A DNA stretch of 64,000 nt from NCBI GenBank assembly GCA_009914755.4, contig CP068257.2:31040001-31104000 (forward strand). Direction: 5' to 3'. The notes under the pieces are model-generated. The model did not search any database. It had not been told where the DNA came from and saw nothing but the letters and a program-made list of their open reading frames with translations. Below, piece by piece: positions 55,566 through 64,000 of this stretch. A program made the translations under genes and the position numbers. This DNA is from the human T2T-CHM13v2.0 reference genome, Homo sapiens. Numbering within the stretch: position 1 is the first letter of the stretch; every line of letters begins with the position of its first letter.

Positions 55566-58500
55566 GAGAGGTACCTTTTATGACAACTGAAATCATTCAG
55601 TTTCAAGAGGAGTTGGGTACTGAAACCAAACTTGCTTACTCCAAAGCCCAAAATCCTTTCCACCATGCCTGTGTGTCTGTAAGGCTACACTAGAAATGCT
55701 TCCTTTCTTATAGTGGGAAGCATGGGTACTAAGCTCTTTTACGAACAAGTGTTCTGCATATTCCTGGTTCCTTTTTATTTTGGACTGAGGAGATTTAGGT
55801 CAAAATTTCTGGGTTCTGGGTTGGAATTCCAGCTTCTTTCTTCAAATTAAACTGGGGGGTAGCAAGACTTATTCCTAGATTTGTTAGAAGGCCACAGCTT
55901 TTCCACATCTCATTTTAGTCATGAAAAAGACACATGCCCAGAGTTTGAAAAACATAAAGGCAATTTGACTAGTGGCTTGATTGGTTCTATCTTCTTTTTC
56001 TTGTCCCTCTTTCCTATTTATACTTCTACTTTTGTTACAGCATTTGACAATAGTTGGAAAAATTTTCACTGACCTTGAAATGTCTTTGGGATAGGGTGAC
56101 TTAAAATATAGGTTAAGTGGCATACACAAACTTCTTAGTGAGATCCTAAGGGCCTACAGAGACAGGCTGACACCAACTCAACCCTTGAAACTGTGCAATG
56201 AAGAGCCTGTGGGAGGCTAAAAAACGCTACTTCAAAAAGAGATCCTTGTCTGTGAATGTTAATTTAGGTTTACAGATTTGATTAAGGGTCTTGAGATTAT
56301 TTTCAATTATCCAGGTGGGCCCTAGAGCCCTAGATGCAATCACAAGTGTCCTTATAACAGGGAGGCAGAGGAAAATTAAACACGCACACAGGAGAGAGAG
56401 AGAGAGAAAAAAAAGTGATGTGAAGACAGCAGCAGAGATTGGAGCGATGTGGCCATAGCCAAGCTATGTCAGCAGCCATCAGAAGTTGGAAGAGGCAAGG
56501 AAGGATTTGAGCCTAGAGCCTTTGGAAGGAGCATGGCCCTGTTGGTTCTGGCCTCCAGAACTGCAAGAAAATACATTTTTGTTGTTTTAAACCACCCAGT
56601 TCATGGTAATTTGTAACACCAGCTACAAGAAATTAACACAAGGCTGATGTGACTTTCCATCAGGAGAGAGACAGCCCCAGGTAGGTGTTTCAGATATCAC
56701 ATCCAATAGAACAAATTAAAGACAAACACCCTAAATTCTAGATGTTGATTTGTGAGCAAGTTATTTCTCCTATGGGCAACTCTAGTTGAAATATGCAATT
56801 CATTATGTTGAAACATGGAATTGTTATTTTCATAGGTTAAAAAAAAATCACATAGTGGCAATATAGTAGTAGTGCTCGTTTTTTGTTTTTTGTTTTTTTG
56901 TCAAAAATGCTAGACAACATGGAAGATCAGGGAAATATTAACAGTCTGATTCAGTAACCTTTAACAGCTTCTTTTCAGGTTACACAGGCTAAGCTAACTT
57001 TTATATCAGGATCAGGATCTGCAGAGTTATTAGTATAGTGCTCTGCAGATCCTGGTCCTAGTATAGCAGGATCTGCAGACCCTAGTTGTACCTGGCCATG
57101 TTCCCCACCAATGACTGAGAAAGAAATGGCTCGAACAGAAAACAGTGGTCTTGAAAGGCAACGCAACAGTAGGTTACAAATAGCATTAGCTTTTTCTTTA
57201 AAGAAATTCATTGTAACCAGTGAAGGATAAGATTTTAAATTAGAAAAATGGAAATCCTATGAATAAAAAACTAGTAAGCTTGAGAGCAGAATCACTGTGG
57301 AAAAAAAACAGATTGAAAAATAACTTGCAGGTATCATAGACAGGAAATTGCCACTAGAGAAAACAGGAAACTTGTGATAGATAAAAATGAAGTATTTTCA
57401 TTTGGAACAAGAGACCAACTGAAGAGAGATCAAGTGAAGGGGGTTTATTTTAATGAAACACAAAGATTCTTGTGGAAATCAAAGTGCCGGAGCCAGAAAC
57501 AGGGCTCAGCCTTCAAGATTAGAGCTGTATTCAAGTTGTTCAAGTTGGCTCTCGGTCCCAAAGCAACAGCAATGTCACTAAGGTTACAAGTAAAAGGTAA
57601 GCTTTCATGATCAAAATGTTTTTGCAAAGTAGCTTAAAATGGTTTCTGCAGTGTTTTGTCAAAACTTTTCTCATACATTTTCCTAAAGATATTTAGCAAG
57701 AGCCTAAGAAGTCATGTGCTAGGGATTTTCATTGTACTGAATGATTGTATCCTTTAAGCCGCTGCTGGAGTTAGGACTGACAGGAACGCAGTACAAATTA
57801 CTGGGGGCTAGAGTCCCAAAGCAGGCCAGGGACCAGTCTACATTGCATGTCGATACCAATCCCATATAACAATATTCAGCCTGTGTTTGGGCAGTCTGAG
57901 GCAGCTTTTAGCAGCTGTGAACCCAGTATCCATGGACAGTTTCATTTCTGGAGGGCAGTCTTCAAAACGTTTATGAAAGTACACCTCCCATTCAGATATG
58001 TTTTTTTCTTCCTACATGTAGTGCTAGTGTTTTTCTCATTTTCATTTACTTGAAACAACAGATCAAATGTTTTGTCATAATCAGTGAATGGCAAGACTCC
58101 CTTTATTACATGGGTATTACCATGTTAGAGATAAGAAGAGCTCTTGTAACCATTAACAACCACTACAATGTAGCAACTTACAGTTTCCTATTTTATATTG
58201 CAGCTCTGTAACATTTGACCACTTTTGTAAGAGTTTCATGATTTCAAGGATGATTATTAGCATTTTCAATTTTTTGGCCAATTCTGGGTGCTGGTAATGT
58301 TACCACTGCAGGCAACTATGGCTCTACTCAACTGAAGACCTCTTATAGGCAATGTGGACCATACCTGCTTTCCTGAGAGATCAGCAAATTGGGTTTGGTC
58401 ATCAGGAAATTCTGTCTCTCAGATCTCATACTAGCAAGGAGACCCCTGGTTGTACCTGTCAGAGCTGCCAGTTGGCCCTGCTGAAACTTTAGAACTGCAC

Positions 58501-59411
58501 CAATGTCTAAGACTTTCATCCTCCTTCCTTCACACAGGTGAGACCTGCCTGCCTCATTGTCTGACAGCTTTCCCAGCCTCCTCCAGGCTCCCCTCCGTTT
58601 TCTCTTATACGCATTCCCCCAATAAACTTCCTGTACATTTAATACCATCTCAGTGTCTGCTCCCAGGAGGACCCTAACTGACACACTGGGGCATTTAGCC
58701 TCCAATTCCTTTTCTCCCTTGGCTGAGATCTGTTCCAGGAAGTATCTCCAGGACACTCCAGCCTGTTGCACAGGCCAAAGAAAAGCCCTCAGGCAGAGGA
58801 GCAAATACTTGCAAGAGGACACCAGTGGCAAGAACAGGGACATGGTGAGACTTCGACATCATTGGCTACAGTAGTACTAGTCACTCTTGACTGTGGTTTA
58901 TGTTGTTTCAATAAAGTAGCTTTCCTTCTCAAAAACATTTGTCACCTATTTTGGAGTTAATTCAGAGGATTGCTCCAAAAGAAAAAACTGAAAAGCAAAA
59001 CCAGCTTTATTAAAATGTAACCCTCTGGATTTATCTTTTGATAATTCCTTTCATAAGAAATAATGTCCTTAAGCTATTTCAGGAATAAAAATGTTCTGCT
59101 TGGGATAGAAAAACCATTGTTTTATGTACCCTACATCAAATTCCTAGTGTGATGTTCAAACCCATTCCTGAAACCAATATAGCCTGACAGATTTCATAGG
59201 ATAAAAACTCTATTTTAAGAGTTCTTAAAAGCAGAGTAATTAGTCTAATGGGTTTGGAAATAATATGCAGTTTAAGGCCTAAATGATCTGTATGTGATAC
59301 AGATACATGTTTTATGTTTTATTCTACTTAAGATGAGGAATAGGTGTTCTGACTTTAATTCTACTTAGTAGGCCAGTAAGGTGTAATGAAAAATTCATCC
59401 AGAATGAATAC

Positions 59412-59757
59412 TGATTTGGTTTGGTTCTGTGTCCCCACCCAAATCTCACCTTGAATTGTAATAATCCCCACATCAAGGGCGGGACCAGGTGGAGATAACT
59501 GAATCATGGGGGGTGGTTTCCGCCATGCTGTTCTCCTGAGTTCTCATGAAATCTCATGGCTTCATAAGGGACTTCCCCCTTCCCTCAGCACTCATTTCTC
59601 TCTGCAGCCACCCTGTGAAGACGTGCCTTTCGTCAAGATTGTAAGTTTCCTGAGGCCTTCCCACCCATGCGGAACTGTGAGTCAATTAAACCTCTTTATA
59701 AATTACCTAGTCTCAAGTATGTCCCTATAACAGCGTGAGAATGAACTAATACAAATA
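59412..59757 (+). mobile_element. Solo LTR of MaLR family (THE1/MST-like), second copy in window
   Basis: TGATTTGGTTTGGTTCTGTGTCCCCACCCAAATCTCACCTTGAATTGTAATAATCCCCACATCAAGGGCGGGACCAGGTGGAGATAACTGAATCATGGGGGGTGG...GTCAATTAAACCTCTTTATAAATTACCTAGTCTCAAGTATGTCCCTATAACAGCGTGAGAATGAACTAATACAA. Confidence 0.8.
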
Positions 59758-60969
59758 TGTAGGGATAAGATAAAATTAACAGAGCAAATACAGTGCATGA
59801 CACTGTTCTGCATATTATGTCCTGATCAAGGGTACACATGGGCCTGCTCACAGTCCCACTTTATTAGAGTCATTTGAAATGCTGCAAATTTAGTCGTCAG
59901 GAAAATACAACAAAGGATATATTTAAAAATTAATTTAATGCTTGGCTAAATCTTAATTACATATATAATTATCAAACGATAGTCCTTAATTTCCAAAAAA
60001 ATTCCTCTTTTGAAAATCACAGAATCAGAAAGCATAAACTTTAAAACAAGTTCTCTGAATATTTACAATGTGGTATAAACATTATAGAAGACCATGGATA
60101 TTAAATTGCCTGGGTGTGGCTAATCAGCAAGGCGTATTCTTTATTGCATATTTAACTCACATATGTGGGATTTTAAATATGACAGACTACTAAAATTCAA
60201 ATGCATGTATCTGCAAGCTGGGCAGGGAGTAAAATCATGAATGAGACAGGACGGTCAGCCCAAAACCATGCAATTAGGTTGTGGGTTTATTATTTTCAAA
60301 AGTGAAATTTCTATGTTCCATTTGAAACTATGTTGCATATTCATTTAGCATTCACATTAAACCCACATTTGACTCTAACGCTGATTCAAGGAAGAAAGTT
60401 CAACATTCACTCAATGACTAAGTCCACAACTCAACTCTCAATGTTAAGGCAGCACAGCTACAGTGATAGCAACGCTAACCAAAAGGTAATGAACATTTAG
60501 TCACTTGCCAGCCCTTTTGTTACAACAGTGTAGTAATTTCCCTAAGACAATTTGCTACCGGATAATTTTCTGCTGTTAAAAGGCTTCCTCTGTGGAAAAA
60601 CACCACAAATTTCCAGTGTGAAAGTAAGTCCATGGTGGTATAAATATATATATGCATAATTACACAATTTACACTGCACACATCGTTTACAGGGGACAAT
60701 TAACTGAGAGGGTTAATTTAAATGACCATACAAAATACTTCAGTAAACAAAGTATGACAGGCAGTAAAGAAAACATTCATAGACTCCTAGAAATAATCTG
60801 AATTCCTTTCATTCTGAAGAAATATCATTTAAGGACACAGTATTGAATATAATGTTTTTTGTATTAAAACAAGAATTGCTATTTTACAGTTTAAGAAACT
60901 TTACATATATACAAAATTTACACATTGGGAATGGTAATCAAGCAAATAGGTTTTTCAGTCTCATAGATC

Positions 60970-61087
60970 TATTTTCCTTCGATCAAAGACTTAAATTCTT
61001 TCACATTGTGGTCACTTGCAACAGACATAGCATGATCCAAAGCTCGAACACTTGCAAGGAGTTTTACTATCTGTTTTATGTTTTCCC
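60970..61087 (-). CDS. Terminal coding exon of upstream neighbouring gene (..R ENIKQIVKLLASVRALDHAMSVASDHNVKEFKSLIEGK*, stop TAG at 60970-60972); 3'UTR continues toward lower coordinates (AATAAA candidates near 60140 and 60290); positionally consistent with PAXBP1 but not sequence-verified
   Basis: strong acceptor tttttttcttttag|GGAAAAC; open frame continuous with exon at 63273-63427; known locus order on 21q22.11 (neighbour tail-to-head upstream of SYNJ1) is from memory. Confidence 0.6.
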
Positions 61088-62055
61088 TAAAAGAAAAAAA
61101 TATAGCAGCATCTCATTAATTAGTATATCTAAGAGAAAATTTGCTACTGATTTCATGGCTATTTTAGAGCTTCTGCAATCAATTTTTCCAAGCACACATT
61201 TTCAAAGAAAGGAAACAGATATGCAAGCTACAGCATGTTAAAAAAAAAAAAGTTTACATTTATCCATATAGAACAAAACTTACATATGTTTAAATGACTA
61301 GCCCAGAGACAGGGGACCCATTTTAAAAAAGCAAAACAAAATTCATTGAGATCAATGAGTTTCATTAATATTGAGAAAGAAAAGAAAGCAATCTGTTTTC
61401 AAACTACTTCAGAGGCCTGTCTCCCATTCCTTCCCAAACCAGAGTCCTGGCTGTTTTAGCGTATACCTGGAACACAAATCGTTATTTGTGTCTCTTCATC
61501 ACCAATCTGTCAAGATCCAGCATAATTTCCACTCCACCAAAATTCACTAAATAAAGTATAATCTGACTTTCCTTATCACTCCAGCTAGAAGTCATTCTGC
61601 TTTCTTACTAGGAAGTAATCCTCAAATTTTAGCACACATTAGAATTACCTAGAGGATTGTTGAAATGCAGATCATCCCTGGCCCCACCCCAAGAGTTCTA
61701 TTCAAGAGGCCCAGAGTGGGGCCCCGAGAACTTGCAAGTCTATCAGACTCCCATGCCATGCTGATACTGCTGGTCCAGGGACCACACTTTAAGAATGACT
61801 GTTTTAACATTTAGCTTAAACCACTCACGAGAAACAAGACATAATATGACATTAGTAATTGTCTCATCTCTTCTACAGAATTGTAGTAAGCACCTATTAG
61901 GGAAGAATTAGAATTTGCAAAACTTTCCAACCCACATGAAACCTGCTTTATGTGCACTGCACAAAGCAGGTGCTTACATAGCTGTTAAAGTTCTTTTCTG
62001 TAGAAAAGTAAACACTATTTGTTGATATTTAACTTCCAAACAGAAACACTGTTAA

Positions 62056-62505
<450 letters not shown>

Positions 62506-63060
62506 TAAAATCTTTAATAGCTACTTTAATTTTATTGTGGAAAAAATATCCAATTTTCTTGCAGGAAAATAGGTCCTTTTTCAAGAAAGGGGAATGAGGG
62601 ATCAGAAGAAGGTTTTGTTATAGGGGTATGACTAATGGTGTGATCTAAACAAAAATTAGACTTTGACATTATGAAGATATATGAAATTAAAATTTTAAAA
62701 AGACAATTCCTTCAAACTGCCCTACTTAGTGTTATTATTTACTTTTTATGCTAGAGATTTATCCCAGAATTACCTGAACACCCATAAATTAATGTCCACA
62801 GAAAGGCTAATGGTTCACTCACTCTTTTCTTACAACCCTTGATAAAAATTAGAAATAAGTTGCCCCAAAAAGCCATGAGTGATAACCTCTAGTTCATAAT
62901 ATTGATTAAAACAAAAAATCTCCCCAAATTGGGAGATAAACTTGAATTTAAATCTGCATAATGAAACTCCAAACAAGAGAGTCTGAGACCTCTCTAATTC
63001 TTCAAAGAGGGAGACAGAGAAAACAACCGTTTACTCACTCCCCTGAGGGTTGGTCCTTAC

Positions 63061-63096
63061 CAGAAGTCTTTCCTTAGTATCTTCATAAATAACATA
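63061..63096 (-). CDS. Candidate 36-nt frame-preserving cassette micro-exon (..S MLFMKILRKDF W..) between the two terminal exons of the upstream gene; speculative
   Basis: acceptor ctttttttcag|TATGTT and donor CTTCTG|gtaaggacc on minus strand; inclusion keeps downstream frame. Confidence 0.2.
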
Positions 63097-63272
63097 CTGA
63101 AAAAAAGTAAAAACTGCTAAAATGAAAAATTATGTGCATTTTTGGTAGGTTTATAATACTAAGTGAACATACAATTTAAACTAAAATATAAACATCTCTA
63201 CTTAAAACATTTTAATACTAAATCTGGCAACTAAACAACTCTAGATTACCATTTCATTAATTACAAAATTAC

Positions 63273-63427
63273 CTTGCATTTCTTTTTTCCACATCAGAAC
63301 ACCCGATACTATTTCTATAAATTGTATCCGCTAAGTGTACAAGGTATCGGCAAAAGTTTTCTAACTGAGAAATAGTCCTTTCTCCTTTCAGATTCATGAA
63401 CCATTGTTTGGGGAAACAATTGATTAC
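63273..63427 (-). CDS. Penultimate coding exon of upstream neighbouring gene (VINCFPKQWFMNLKGERTISQLENFCRYLVHLADTIYRNSIGCSDVEKRNA R), 155 nt
   Basis: acceptor cgtctttcttctccacag|GTAATCAATTG, donor AATGCAAG|gtaattttg; single open frame across exon, phase-compatible with terminal exon. Confidence 0.55.
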
Positions 63428-64000
63428 CTGTGGAGAAGAAAGACGTAAAATAAAATAGTTAAGACAGAATAAATTAAAGTATTAAAAGCAAAGTCTAGTT
63501 AATGGGTATAAATGTATTTCACCAGAAGACGTGCTTCTGAGCTACAGCAATTACTCTGAAGAAATATTCTTTTAAATCTGACTTCCTACATTAACTAAAC
63601 CAATATACCTAAATTTTTACCCCAACCAATGGGTTAGGCACTCAAAGCAAAAGATAATCTGTCCAATATTTGAGTAAATTAGTAACATAAAACTGACAAC
63701 CAACTGCTTCATTTTCCAGTCTTCTAGGATGGCCTAAATATACTGAATTTCCTTTTCCAGCAGCTTTTGATGTAAAAATGAGTGGTATAAAAATGAAATT
63801 ACAGCACCCCCATCCCCTGCAATAATTCCACGAATAGACATCCATGCATGCTGCTAAGGGAAGTCGAGTTGGCCCAGACTGAGGTTAAGATAATAAGGTT
63901 ATTATTCTGAAATCAAAACTTTTATTTATACCTATAAAAATATCAAAACTTTCACTAATATCTATAAAAATATGGATATAGATGGATATATATATATATA

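Noticed and set aside
58343-58843. 166-aa minus-strand ORF in the intergenic region
   Set aside because: Alternative start codon, no splice or promoter context, no recognisable domain. Length is within chance expectation for 64 kb in six frames.
63642-63845. Minus-strand ORF ending DYLLL* with an upstream AG acceptor and a downstream GTAAAA donor; considered as another exon of the upstream gene
   Set aside because: All three frames contain stop codons between the candidate acceptor and donor, so it cannot be an internal coding exon. A terminal exon here conflicts with the better-supported downstream terminal exons.

Overview
This window is primate (almost certainly human) nuclear DNA, not a prokaryotic or accessory-genome region. 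I found no novel defence-type or operon-like system; the content is the 5' half of a known human gene, a second gene's 3' end, and repeats.

**Why eukaryotic.** About 35 Alu SINEs (~16% of the window) are present, most with recognisable target-site duplications (TSDs). There are also MIR, THE1/MST (MaLR) LTR, Tigger and L1 fossils, a ~1.3-kb CpG island, and GT/AG-bounded exons separated by long introns.

**Main gene.** The minus strand carries the 5' half of synaptojanin-1 (SYNJ1). I reconstructed 12 exons from ~54059 down to 4651, with all splice phases mutually consistent. They encode the N-terminus through the Sac1 phosphoinositide-phosphatase domain, including the catalytic motif [12 protein letters not shown]. 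The transcript continues beyond the window start. I recognised the conceptual protein ([30 protein letters not shown]..., ...[24 protein letters not shown]...) from memory; no database was queried.

**Promoter and dual starts.** The SYNJ1 promoter is the CpG island at ~53300-54740. There appear to be two in-frame start codons. An exon-1 ATG at 54059 adds a 39-residue Arg/Gly-rich extension, encoded by (AGG)n/(GGC)n repeats, through an exon1-exon2 splice. The exon-2 ATG at 52914 gives the shorter isoform.

**Upstream neighbour.** About 6.5 kb upstream of the SYNJ1 promoter, also on the minus strand, lie the last two coding exons of a neighbouring gene. Its frame ends ...KSLIEGK* with a stop at 60970-60972. 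By locus order this is probably PAXBP1, but that is not verified by sequence.

**Other observations.**
- A 24-bp x ~30 minisatellite sits in SYNJ1 intron 2 and generates spurious six-frame ORFs.
- A perfect 110-bp tandem duplication lies in intron 10.
- A closely spaced inverted Alu pair shares a single TSD.
- A tandem Alu composite has a single 16-bp TSD.
- Two very young AluY copies have near-perfect TSDs.
- The exon-9 acceptor region is duplicated.

**ORF track.** It uses bacterial start codons (TTG/GTG/CTG read as M). Almost all listed ORFs are artefacts: Alu-derived, GC-rich open frames, or VNTR periodicity. The exception is the subset that partially overlaps real exons.

Coordinates of repeats are approximate (about +/-5 bp).
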